Part shown: piece after piece, positions 52,262 through 64,000 of the stretch
How the letters are laid out: every line of letters begins with the position of its first letter
Position numbering within the stretch: the stretch's first letter is position 1
NCBI GenBank assembly: GCA_017499595.2
Contig: CM039005.1
Location: 1,178,001 to 1,242,000, forward strand
DNA: 64,000 bases
Source of the DNA: Psilocybe cubensis
Lineage: Eukaryota
Direction: 5' to 3'
Notes under the pieces: generated by a model
Database searches by the model: none
Told to the model about the DNA's origin: nothing
The model's input: only the letters and a program-made list of their open reading frames with translations
Position numbers and translations under genes: made by a program

Positions 52262-53940
52262 TCATCGGCCTACAGGGACGCCGCCACGGTAAGCGGGTTG
52301 ACCCCTAGGCTGTTGCTGAGGTGCACCGTTCTGCCTCGCAGGAATCTGTTGCTGTTGTTGATGCTGCTGCTGCTGTTGCTGCTGGGGTGGTTGCTGTTGC
52401 TGAGGTTGCTGCTGTCCGTTCCTTTGTACAGGAGCAGCAGCAACAGGAGCTGGCGCAGGCGCAACCTGCTGCCTGGCCTGCTGAGGCGCTCTCTGCACCT
52501 GCGACTCCTCCCCGCCGCTCGGGGCGACATACAGCCCCCTATCAATCGTCTGCGGGATCGGCTGAATCTCCGTGCCCAGCTCCTGCTCGATCTTGTACAG
52601 GTTAAACCTGTCCTCATACGTGACCAGATTGATCGCGAGACCGAGATGGCCAAAGCGCCCAGAACGACCGATGCGGTGCAGGTACGTCTCGCTGTTCTTG
52701 GGGAAGTCAAAGTTGATAACGACGTTCACGGCCTGGATGTCGATACCGCGCGTGAGCAAGTCCGAGCAGACGAGGTTGCGGCATACACCGTTACGGAAGT
52801 CGTGGAACACGCGGTTGCGGTGCGACTGCAGCATCTTTGCGTGCGAGTAGAAGCACGAGTAGCCTAGCTCGGTCACCTTTTTGGCGAGCAGCTCGACTCG
52901 GTTGGTGGAATTACAAAAGATGATAGATTGATTAATTTGAAGCTGGAGAGTGATTGTTAGTGTGTGGTGAATGAACGGAAAGGGAAAATAGGAACCTTTG
53001 AGAACAAGGTATTGAGACAATGAACTTTTTGGCGCTCTTCGACGTATGCGTAATATTGGGTGACACCACGTAAGGTAAGCTCATCCATGAGGTTGATTTC
53101 ATAGGGGTTGCGCATGTGTTTTTCCTAAAGAAAAGATGTCAGGCTGGAGAAGTGCATAAAAAGCACACGAGGCGACATACCTTGAAGTCTTTAACTATCA
53201 TTGGGAAGGTGGCACTGAACAACATAACCTGACGGTCTGTGGGGAGGAATGAAAGGAGCTGCTCCATTACAGGAGCAAATTCTGGTGAAAGAAGCTTGTC
53301 TGCTTCATCCATAACAAAGACGGGGCAGTCGCTAAGGTCTGCCACGCCCTTGCCTGCGAGATCCAGGATACGGCCAGGGGTTCCGACAAGAACATGGACG
53401 GTCTCGGATAAACGCAAAATGTCATCTTTGAGGGTGGTACCGCCGGTGGTGACCATGACCTGGAGGCCCATATGTTTGCCGAGGATCTTGCATACCTGGG
53501 ATGTCTGGAGGGCAAGCTCACGGGTGGGCACGAGTAGAAGAGCCTGAATCTTGGGCTTGGTGATATCGATTTGCTGGAGGGATGGGATGACGAAAGCGGC
53601 TGTTTTGCCAGTGCCGTTCTTTGCACGGGCGAGAATATCACGTTTGGCCAGGGCAATGGGTATGGCTTCTTCCTGAATGGGAGAAGGTTTCTCGAATCCG
53701 GCCTCAAAGATGCCCATCAGGAGCTCACGCTTGAGGAACATGTCCTCAAATTCTGTGCCCTTTGTTGCTGTGACATCTTCCGTCTGGGGGCGGATATCTT
53801 TTGGAGGAGGTCGGAGGCCCGATTTCCAGGATGAATCGACGCTGGCTGGGCTGTTATGACATTGGTGAGTGTGTAGGAAAAAACAAGCATTTTTTCCTGG
53901 GCGCTTACGTCGACGATGAAGAGGTAGCTGCGGTAGACAT
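52262..53940 (-). CDS. DHH1: DEAD-box RNA helicase Dhh1/DDX6 with Gln-rich tail
   Basis: [73 protein letters not shown]. Confidence 0.97.
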
Positions 53941-54332
53941 GTTGCCTGGGGTTGGGTATGGATGGGTGTGGTAAGGCGACGTGGCTTGGTTGTCGGATAA
54001 AAAGGAAGAGCTGAGGGGATTCGGAGCTGTCTGGATATTGTGATGAGAGTTGATTATCAAAAGTTGGGAGTGCTGGAGACAGCGAGATTGTATTGGATTA
54101 GAGCGAGCGTTTTTGCAAAGATGGAAGCGGGAAAAGAGCCGTGTTGACGACTACAAAAACACAACTGGTTCGCAATTTCGCACGCTTTGTTTAATCTTTC
54201 ATTTCATTGAACATGTCAGAACACATGGCCCACTAATCTTACTTGGTCTTAGATTCAAATAATTATCTTTTCAATTCATTCACTTTTAGCTCCTCCACAA
54301 TCCGTCTTGTATAACGTCGTACACTTTATATC

Positions 54333-55398
54333 TCAGAAAACAAAACTTCCCCCTAATTTCATCATATTCATCAACATCACATCCAAAATACGAACAAGAA
54401 AGACTCACCATCAATCACCAGATCCACACCAGTCACATACCTCCCCGCCGGGCTCGCTAGCATAACCACCGGGCCTGCAATCTCCTCCGCAACACCCATG
54501 CGGCCCATCGGATTGTGCTCCTCCCAAATGCGCTTTCCTAGTGCAAACTCCTCCACCTGTGTCATCGGCGTCTCAATGTAACCTGGGCTGATACTGTTCA
54601 CGCGGATACCGTGTCGTGCCCACTCGGCCGCGAGCGACTTGGTGAGCTGCAGGACACCGGCTTTGGAGACGCAGTACGCAGTGTGGTTGATGGGGAAGAT
54701 GGCCCTGTGCGCTGCAATGGACGCGATGAGGATGATGCTCCCTCCTTGACCCTGCTTAATCATTTCCCTATCCCGCGAAGATCAAGAATACTGCCCCGTT
54801 AATGCCGATTCACAGCAAAAAGCAAAGCTGGGAAACACTCACTTCCCAACCGCCTGGGCGCACAAAAACGACCCTGTCGTATTCGTATCCTGAATCTGCC
54901 TCCAAAATTCCATCGTGATCTCCGTCGCCTCGCAGTCCTTTGCGATCCCTGCAGCACACAGCAGCACGCTCACACCACCTAGCTTTTGCACCGCACTCTC
55001 GACCCCGCGCCGTACATCATTCTCCTGCGAAACATTCACCACCTCCTCCACGATTTTTCTATCAGGAAACTCGGCGTGGATGGCGCGTAGATCCGCTTGG
55101 GCGCTCGGACTCGAGAACCGAGCATCGAGGTCGAAAATGCACACTCCCGATGCGCCGTGCTCGAGCAGCGCGCGGACGCATGCGAGGCCTATCCCGCCTG
55201 CACCTCCGGTCACTGTCAGTAAGACAAGTGAGTAATCAAGGCGTCCTTGAACAGTAAAGGATGGAGAAGAAGGATACCGATCGCGTTGCCTGAGATGGAG
55301 AACCGGTCGGCGGCCCTCTCAGCGGGGCTTATGCCCTCTTTTCTGGGGAGCGGCGCCGTGAGCGGATTCGCAGCAGTTGAAAGCTTCAATATATTCAT
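54333..55398 (-). CDS. Short-chain dehydrogenase/reductase (sorbose/mannitol reductase-like)
   Basis: TGGAGGIG Rossmann motif, catalytic YCVSK (YxxxK), IRVNSISPGYIET, PMGRMG. Confidence 0.9.
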
Positions 55399-56357
55399 CG
55401 GTCTCCAAGTTTCTGGGTAGAATAACACAATTTTGCGCGTTTCCGCTACCGAAAAGCAAAATGACAGGTGAAGAGAAGACTACTCTGGGACGACCGAAGG
55501 ACCCCTTATCGGTCCAGGAAATATAAATGTTTTGACGGGTGTGGACTGTTTGTCGATAAATACCTCTCAACACACCGTGCATGTACACCCCACAAAGAGA
55601 TTTTGTATCCTTTTCAGGCTCCAGCGTCAACAGAATTCACACAGGTGACTCGTACTCTCTGCGAGGAGAAGCGGCGTCTGGAATAAGATTCACCCTTTCC
55701 GTGTGTTGTTGTACCAGAATTAGCGTGGCGTTTTTGATTCTTTGATTTTTGCACTTCGTATGGGGGTTAAACGTTAATTGGTCGACTGCGCTTCCCATCC
55801 ATTAACGTTCGTTGTGACCCCATTTATCGCCGTTGGAGTCCACCCCTGCCCCGTGTAAAAGCCTGGTGGTACAAGAGATACTGCGCTCCAGCATGGAATG
55901 GTTGATATTCCATGACTAGTTCATTGTTTTAAATATGACGTCGTTTTACCAGCCATGGACATTTTTAGATCCCGACGTGTTTCGACAAACCACAAAGTCC
56001 TGACGAATGGTCCATGTCGCTCGAGATAAAAAGCTTAACACTTGAGGGGATCCACGATAAGCGCATAATTTGCATGTCGATATTTTAGTTTGTGACAGGT
56101 CCTGAGGCTGGGAAGTCATGCGCGTGCAACGCGCAGGATGCACCCATCAAATAAAACCATAATGCAATTTTCCGCGACATAACCTCTCCATAGATCAATC
56201 GACATAAGAATCTAAAAAAGAGGAGATAATTAACTCAAATCAAATAGCCTATAGGGTTTAAATGAAAAGTACGATAAAGATGGGAGCAAATGGATCTAGG
56301 AAAGCAGAGAATAATGACAAGCGACGCATCTATCTTCGAGGGACAAAGCACTCGAGG

Positions 56358-57336
56358 TCAAACGCACTCACGCAGAAACTGGAGTCTACAATCTTCCCAC
56401 TCGTCATATAAAATTGCCACCCAACCCCTAGTGTCCTTCTCAATAACCACCCTCGGGTCCGCCGACACGACTTTCGCTTGTTCCTCCATCACCACCGCCA
56501 CCACCTCGGTATACTGCGACCTACCAAGCAGCAGCATCTCCATCCTCTCCAGCCCCTTGCTCTTACTCACACAGCGCACTTGCTCGATCGCCCAGTGCGG
56601 CGCCATACTCGAGCTCTCCAGGATCCTCCGCACGCGCCGCATAGTCGGGTAACACACGACGTCCTGCACCTCGTCGTCGCGCATGAACGTGAGCACGCTC
56701 GTGAACATCTTGAGCGGCGGCGCCTGCTTGAGATCCTGCGGCCTAAACGGCCCGTGTATCGGTCCCAGCGCGAGGTACTCGAGCGTGCCAGGCACCGCGT
56801 GCTCGAGCATACGCCACTTATTCTGGTCGAGGTTGAGGATCGTAAGCCGCTTCAGCGACCGCGCGAGCCAGAACAGGCGGGTGATGATCGTGAGCGGCCA
56901 GCTGGTCGAGCCGTAGAAGAGGTTGCCTTTGTCTGTTGGTGTTTCTCCGATGTGCATGTTTTGGATGAGGCCTAGACGCGACGATGGCGGTGAGAATGAC
57001 GAGCACATGAGGTCATCTGGTAGGTCATGAGACGAAAGAAATTTTGAAAGCTGTCCGGCGGTCGTGAACTTGAGAGAGTGGTAGAGGATGGGAATCATCC
57101 ATTCGTGGGCTGTCTTGCAGACTAGGAGAAGGAGGGACGGAGAAGGGTGGTCGAAGCTGGCTAGGATAAAGACTGCGGAGAAATAGGTCAGAATAAATAT
57201 GACGGAAACTATGATGCCGACTGCGTGTGGATCTTGCCCTGAAAAAAGAGGTCAAGTGGATTAGGCAAATGAGACAGGGCTGCAAACCGACTTTGCGTAT
57301 CAATTCCGGAGGCAAAGCATGGAATCGGTGCTCCAT
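56358..57336 (-). CDS. Hypothetical protein with F-box-like N-terminus
   Basis: MEHRFHALPPELIRK...LLLVCKTAHEWMIPILYHSL pattern typical of agaricomycete F-box-like proteins, followed by a long open exon. Confidence 0.6.
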
Positions 57337-58661
57337 GATGATAGTAAAACAGATAAACTGTATCTGGTCATAAAACCCAAGAGTAAAGCAGTGAGAGAGC
57401 AGAACAAGAAACGGTTTGCATATGACAGGGTGTTTTATTTAAGAAATCCGATTACACCAATCGTCACGATCACGAGCTTTACGCGGAGGATACCGTTTGC
57501 AACCATGTCACAATGCGTATGGTAATTTGCTTAGCTGCTGCAGCTATGGGAGGCAAAGGATGTCAAACTTGCGAAAAGGCACTAGGACGCTTGCAGTTGT
57601 TGAGGAGCCGGATCACTCTGTTCGAAAACACGAAAACGACGGAAGTTCCGATAAACCTGGACTGTCTGAGGGTATTCTTCATATTAGCGATCTAAAAAAT
57701 TATATTTTGGCGGCGAATGGAAAGACGTCGATAAAGCTAATCCGAAGCTTCCTCTGCAGCAGCCAACTTTTGCTTTGCTAGAGCCTTCATTCGGCGAACG
57801 TAACTGTATGGGAGCAACATCCTGTCAAGCGACGCCAGTGAAGGGTATTATAAAGTACGCACTCGTCATATTGGCACCTGTGTAGCAGACAGAACTATCA
57901 GCCTTTCCGAAGATGGACATGAATCAAAGGCATTGACTGACTGCTCGTAGGCGTGACGCTCGTGCTCACATTCCCAGGTCTGGTAAGAGTTTTTCTTCCG
58001 ACACAAGTTCAAAGGAATAAGGAGGCTAGATTTCAGAGGATAGTCGTCGCATATGGAGTAGTTGTATCGTTGGAGACCAGGTTAACAAGGGATCACAAAG
58101 CCACTAATCAGCGAATTGAAGTCGATGGAATGGACTTAGAACATACGCAGAACACGAGTCTCTGAAGCCTAGTGGTATTTTGTTCGCCTTGAGCTCTTCC
58201 TGAGATGCTGTTGTCGAGGACGCCATGTCTATACAAGCCCTGTGCTATTGCAATTAGGTGGTTGGCTGAACTCGGGTGTGTTGAAAGCAATGATGGCCAA
58301 GATTCTCACGGCCTGCCGCCGGAGTTCGAACGTCGTCCCCAAGCCAAACATCGTCTTGCCCAGTGCTCACTAGCACTGCTCAATGGACTTTATGTTCTGT
58401 GACTCATGCAATCCCCGCAAATCTTCTCAAGGCTCATCCAACTCCTCATTCAAATAGGGAGTCAAAATGACTTGCCTTGGTATTCCGAATTACCAAACGT
58501 AACGAGTCAATTTTCGGCAACCAGTGTGATGCGGCGCCCCTTAAATGAGTCGAAAGGCGAGAATAGTCCTCTATAAAACAGGCACAGTTCAGTTCCATAA
58601 GTCAGGAGCATCCACATTCAACCACACCATCTGGTCAAGCTAAGCCTACGAAGTCGCGGTC

Positions 58662-60699
58662 ATGGAAAACAAACTACCTGGTCGAGAGGAGCTAATCGAC
58701 TACACCCCTAGCAAGGGGGAGCCAGGATACGTTGGACCCCTCTTTAAAAATGCTTTAAACGCTTGGGAACTCCAGGGATCTACGTGCGTATAGTGGCAAC
58801 ACTGAATTCACTACGATATATGCTGACAAGGTCGTTTTGCAGGATGCCATTGACCACTTTACGAGAGTTTACGATGCTGCAGCTTATGAACACTATCACA
58901 GATAAACCAGACTGGAACATCAAGGTCCACTTCTTCATTGACGCGTCTGCTTGAAATCTAAACCTGGATGCTAGGTTAACGATCAAGAAATCACTGACAA
59001 ATGGAAGCAAGAAGCAATGTCCTCTGGTGCCGATATCACGTCCGCCATGGTAGATTACTGTATCGATGAACTTCGCTATAAGGCATCTCTCATACCGAAA
59101 GATGCATCACCTCCCATTATCGTCTACAACGGTGATGTGGTCAAATCAGATACCGCATTATCAGTCGAATTCAAGAAGGAGTTGCAAGAAGCAGTGACCA
59201 AATTTGAGAATTCCATCCCAGCCAGGCTGAAAGACTGGCATCCCGGGTCTGATGAGAAAGTTTGGGATCTTGTTCATCCATCCTTGTTCCCTCTTGTGTA
59301 TGGCCGTTCACGCGTTCTCGAACGAGGCATGCCGCAAACTACATTGGATGACTGCATAGAACGCTGCGGGGAAGGAAAGATCGCTGACGTCCGTGATTCT
59401 GACGAGGGAGACCGATCTTATAGTCAAAAATTCCAATGGCTTCCTTGTGAAGTCGATATATCAGGCGAGGATCCAAAGTCAGCTGCAAACTTTTACTATC
59501 TATACGAACGAAAGCTCTTAACACCTTTCAACTCAATCCAGGATCACAACGTACATCAACAATCTCCACCCTCAACGCGAGAAACCTCTTTATGCTTTGG
59601 TTGAGAAATTGATTAAAGAATCTATCCCTTTGTGGGACTTGACCTTAGCACCTTTGCGAAATGACTTCTGCCATCAGTTACGCATCAAATATCATCACGT
59701 CGAGCATGCCGATGAAGGGGAGACAGATCCAAACATTGTCGGCCCATTGAATGTAACGCAGGGCGCTGGAGCCGGCTCGTCTCTGCCACAAAATCAATCC
59801 GATGACGGAGAGGATGACGATGAGGATGACGACCATGATGAAGAAGATGACTTCGACGAGTTCCGAGAGGCTCGAGGTCCCGAAATCCGTCCACAACCAG
59901 GAGTTTTTGCTCCTCTTCCCGCTCCTCCCAAGTTCAGTCTGAAGGATGCCTACAAGCAACGTGGGCTTCAGGTGATCGTCAAGCTAGCAAATATTGAATT
60001 GACGCCTGAAAAGCCTGATTACGCTGGGGGCTCCTGGCATGTGGAAGGTCAACTGGTGAGCTACACATGCTTAGATTACAATTATTTACCAAACATTGCC
60101 ATGTACAGAATGAACACATTGTGGCTACTGCACTCTATTACTATTCATGCTCCAACATCACTTCGTCTTCATTATCCTTTCGCCAGATGTTCTCCGTCTG
60201 GGATGATATGGATGAAGTTAATTACGAGCAAGACGACCACCGATGGGTAACCACCATATTTGGGTGCAAGCAAGACGGTTTAGCCATCCAAGACGTTGGT
60301 GGAGTCGACACACGCGAAGGCCGTCTGCTCACCTTCCCCAACGTACTCCAGCACCGCGTAGGTCCGTTCAAACTACAGGATCCGACGAAACCAGGCCACC
60401 GCAAAATCGTAGCACTATTCCTTGTTGACCCGAACATCAAAATCATCAGCACCGCACATGTTCCCTGTCAGCGCCAGGACTGGTGGGTGGACAACATTCA
60501 GCAGAAGTCGAATGCGGCCGGTCTCGATCAGCTGCCTCTTGAACTTCAGGAGAACGTCTTGGAGGGGGTGGATTTCCCTATTTCTCTGCGTGAGGCGAAG
60601 CAGATGAGGGAGGAGCTTATGGAAGAGCGCAAATTGTATCACCTTGGCAAAGAGGAGAAGTTTAAGGAGGATTTTACCATCTCGCTTTGCGAACATTGA
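58662..60699 (+). CDS. DUF4246 family protein
   Basis: REFTMLQLMNTITDKPDW, DWHPGSDEKVWDLVHPSLFPLVYGRS, FQWLPCEV, LQVIVKLANIELTPEKPDYAGGSWHVEG, GRLLTFPNVLQHRV, GHRKIVALFLVDP; ends SLCEH*. Confidence 0.88.
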
Positions 60700-61098
60700 G
60701 ATTATTGATTATTGTGTATTCTTTTTACGAGAATGGGTCTATGTTCAATGTTGCTGAATGTAAAATGGATGACAACCAGCTGGTATTATGGCTTCTTTGA
60801 CTGTGATTAGAGGTTATTCCAAGTACGCTACAAGTCACAAATGTTGGTGTTGGCTCTTGGATACGAACCGGAGGCGGATATTCCTCGACAAGACCTTCAG
60901 GCAATTATTTTACTGACGACGATGATATGTACGTATGGTTGAAACGATGTACTACTAGGAGGCTACATACAATACGTACAAGCGCATTTGGACGCGCGTA
61001 CTCTCCAGTAGTTTTTGACCATGGTCTTTCAATACAACCAACTTATCCCATACTGTACAGGAAAGTTCGAATAAAAGTATCAAAAGCCAATGCTATGC

Positions 61099-62531
61099 CT
61101 ATAGTGAAAAAATCAATGCCTTCAACTTGGTGAAAGTCGAAAGACCTCGCTTGCAGACGTGCGTGGATCGGCGGCTACTTGGAGAAAGGTCCCCTTGCTG
61201 AAGAGGTACTGAGTCTTGTTGAGGATGCAGTGTTTTTTTTTGAAGGGGTAATGTCTCCGGTTGCGCTACTGACTCCTTTGTAGTGGGTACTCTTTTAAAT
61301 TCACTTATTAGTTCATAGAATATATCTCGCTGCCGGAGATCCTGAGAAAGACTGTCTTCATCCAGTGACGATATGATTTTATACAGCATCTTAAGAGCCT
61401 GTGAAACGTTGGGTCTTAACTTGGGTTCTTTCTGGGTCATCGAGTCACGGAGGGGAACAAGAAGTTCCAGGCCATCGTATCTCTACAACAGGCACGGTAA
61501 ATAAATAGTGTCATGGCGATACTGCTAAATTTGAGGGATATCACCTGTATCAACCTATGTACCAGCATCCCAAGTTGGTATACGTCAAGTTTGAAAGGGT
61601 CAAAAGGTATAGTATTCGAGAATTCGGGGGCCGCCTTTTCCTGACCATAGCGGCCAATACACAGACTGTTCGGTGGAAAGTATGAAGCAGTTTCGAAGTC
61701 AATAATATAATACTTGATCGTTGGCACTGTGCAGCGATCTCTGATATCGATGGAGGTTTTGCCATCCGGTTTTGCGTACTGTTTTGAATGATGGAAGCCT
61801 CCAGGTATCACGTCAGTCGGGTCCATCATAAAATTGAGCATACATGCATCCCTGGGCATCTCTATGAGTTATATAGAGTAACTAAATAGTTGAAATACTT
61901 GCCGATGAGCTATGCCATTGTCATGTAGAAACTCAACTCCCTTTAAGAATCAGCTCTATCAGATAGGTCATAACACGCATGGTAAGTGCTGACCTGAAAA
62001 ATTTGGTTAAGAGCGTGTGTAACCTCTCTAAAATGTCGAAATGGAATGTAACCAGACACCAATGGAGCAAGAAGGGGCATAACAAGAAGCACTATGTGCA
62101 TTGAATCATTGTCCTTGTCGGATATCGGAACAGATATCACTTCCAGAAGAGGGACTGCATTATTGCGAGGATCTGCGCGCATCTCATCCGAGTTTAGATG
62201 CTGTAGCAGCGATATGTTGTCATGCTCAAAAGTCGACCTCTTTATCACGACTTTGAGGCCATCTTTAACACGAACAGCATCTATAACGTTGTGCCTCTGT
62301 GCAGGAGTCTATTAGTAACCTAGTAAACTTGTCATTAAAAAGAAAGCCTCGCACCTCTAGTACAATTGAATCTTCACAATCTTTCATGGATTTGTAAAAG
62401 TTCCGACGCTTTTGCCACGATGGTTTCCACGATGGATGATACCTGGGGCGTAGCATATAGCCAGAATCGCGGAGCACAGGTTGTAACTTAACCCATTCTA
62501 CCTCTGCATCCATGAGTGAATCAGACATCAT
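61099..62531 (-). CDS. Agaricomycete-type (AgaK1-like) protein kinase
   Basis: GYMLRPRYHPSWKPSW N-terminus, VVIK, DPRNNAVPLLE, HRDACMLNFMMD catalytic loop, YYIIDFE, APE, DPFKLDVYQLG. Confidence 0.82.
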
Positions 62532-63583
62532 GATTGTGTATGAGTTTTGCCCAGATATGCAAAGAAATGCTACATACATTTGACCATAAAATAAATGTGA
62601 AAAAGCATCAAAAACTTAAGAAAGAACGAACGTTTCACGGTTTAAATTTGGTTGAACACAATTTTAACTGTTCGGTCCTAACTCTTGGTTGCAGGCAAAC
62701 CGAAGGCAGCTGGGGAAGTGATAAGCCAACTAAGATGTAACAGTAAGGATGCGTTGCTCACAATTTATTGGGGAGCTTGCTCCCCTTTGTACTGGTGGGG
62801 ACCCAAAATGCTTAAGCACACGTAATCCACCAGTGTTTTGATCGTCACCCCGTGCGAAAATGGCACCCCGTGTGAACTTACCAGCGAGACCTGCCGAAGT
62901 TTGTGATGCGGCAAGATTCTACCTAGAGCATGCCAGGTACTGGCATAGCAAATTAATCGTTCTAGGGTTAATTAAGGATCTTATAGCCCAAGGTGGGTAA
63001 GTGTCGTTTGTTCCGAACTTGATCATAAAAAGGTTCAAAAGGTTGAACCTCCAGCATATTTGATACAGAATGTTCCAAACGGGTTAAAACGTTACCTAAT
63101 ATGTGTACCAATTGAAGAAATTCTTGCAAATCTAAAGAATCAACAAGAAACCAGAAGTGTTGAACGTTGTAAACTGTCGCTGCCAGTTATTGTGTCGGGG
63201 CTGCCATCCTAGGGGCACCACGTCTGGTACTTCACTTAAAGCACTCCCATTCATTCTACTGAAATCTTAGCAATCGAACAAGCCCACTGTCGGGATAATC
63301 CAAGAATGCTCGTGTCGCTTTCTTCAAATCGACTTACTCTGGTTCCATCCTTTTCTGTGCATAAAAATTCCTTCATTTTCCGAGAACACTGGAATCGCGT
63401 TTGACTCCAGATTTATGATGTTGACGGAATGAACCTCGGTAAAGTGCATGTTTACAACAGAGACCCAGGTTCACACGACAATGCTCGGCGGTACTTTATT
63501 GCAATGCACCTCAAAGATGACGACCATTACTACAGTACACTCTTCATCCTCTCACTCAACTCCTTGGTCAGCAGAGTGGACCT

Positions 63584-64000
63584 ATGACCATCATCCTAAC
63601 TGTTGCCTATGTTTTTGCGGTCGTCGGAGCAGCTAAATTAGTTGCGAAATTTTTAACATACAACAGAAGTCGAATTGCCTATCCTCCAGGCCCCAATCCC
63701 AAACCAATATTCGGCAATGCTTTTGACTTTCCTAAGTATGACGCTGCGATGGAATACTTGAACTGGGGAAAAAGATATAACAGTCAGTGGTGTATTATCT
63801 GTCTCTCCTGCAAGTTATCATAATGACTTCACACTGCAGGTGACATTCTTCATGCCGAAGCGTTGGGAAACCATGTCGTGATTCTTAACAAAAGGGAGGA
63901 TGTAGATGCTATACTTGAGCAGTCTGATCGCGCAAAGCTCTATTCAGATAGACCCCACGTGCCTATTTTTAAGATGTGAGTCGATAAACCACAAATCTGG
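63584..64000 (+). CDS. Cytochrome P450, 5' part (runs off the window)
   Basis: N-terminal membrane anchor, PPGPNPKPIFGN hinge, WGKRYN|SDILH...VVILN...YSDRP. Confidence 0.85.

Noticed and set aside
52118..52867. 249-aa plus-strand ORF
   Set aside because: Antisense shadow of the GC-rich last exon of DHH1.
56478..56975. 165-aa His/Arg-rich plus-strand ORF
   Set aside because: Antisense shadow of the F-box-like gene.

Overview
Intron-rich eukaryotic DNA from an agaricomycete (mushroom-forming basidiomycete); introns are mostly ~50 bp GT-AG. It holds about 22 host genes: RPB10, a hypothetical protein, a HET-C-domain protein, a small secreted Cys-rich protein, a G3BP/Nxt3-type NTF2-RRM protein, a Fus3/Kss1-type MAPK, an MFS transporter, two head-to-head KRE6/SKN1 GH16 paralogs, an ELYS-domain protein, a GH16 glucanase, SEC24 with an N-terminal WW domain, three tandem AA9 LPMOs (the third frameshifted as assembled), DHH1, an SDR, an F-box-like protein, a DUF4246 protein, an AgaK1-type kinase and the 5' end of a P450. 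Two mobile elements are present. (1) A tyrosine-recombinase (Ngaro-like) retrotransposon at ~24.7-29.5 kb lies between the KRE6 paralogs; its RT and recombinase both need removal of sense-strand spliceosomal introns to bring their catalytic residues into frame. (2) A 346-bp foldback/MITE at 50598-50943 has 72-bp perfect (~150-bp imperfect) inverted arms and an AAA target-site duplication. Gene models were spliced by eye and family assignments come from motif recognition, not database searches.
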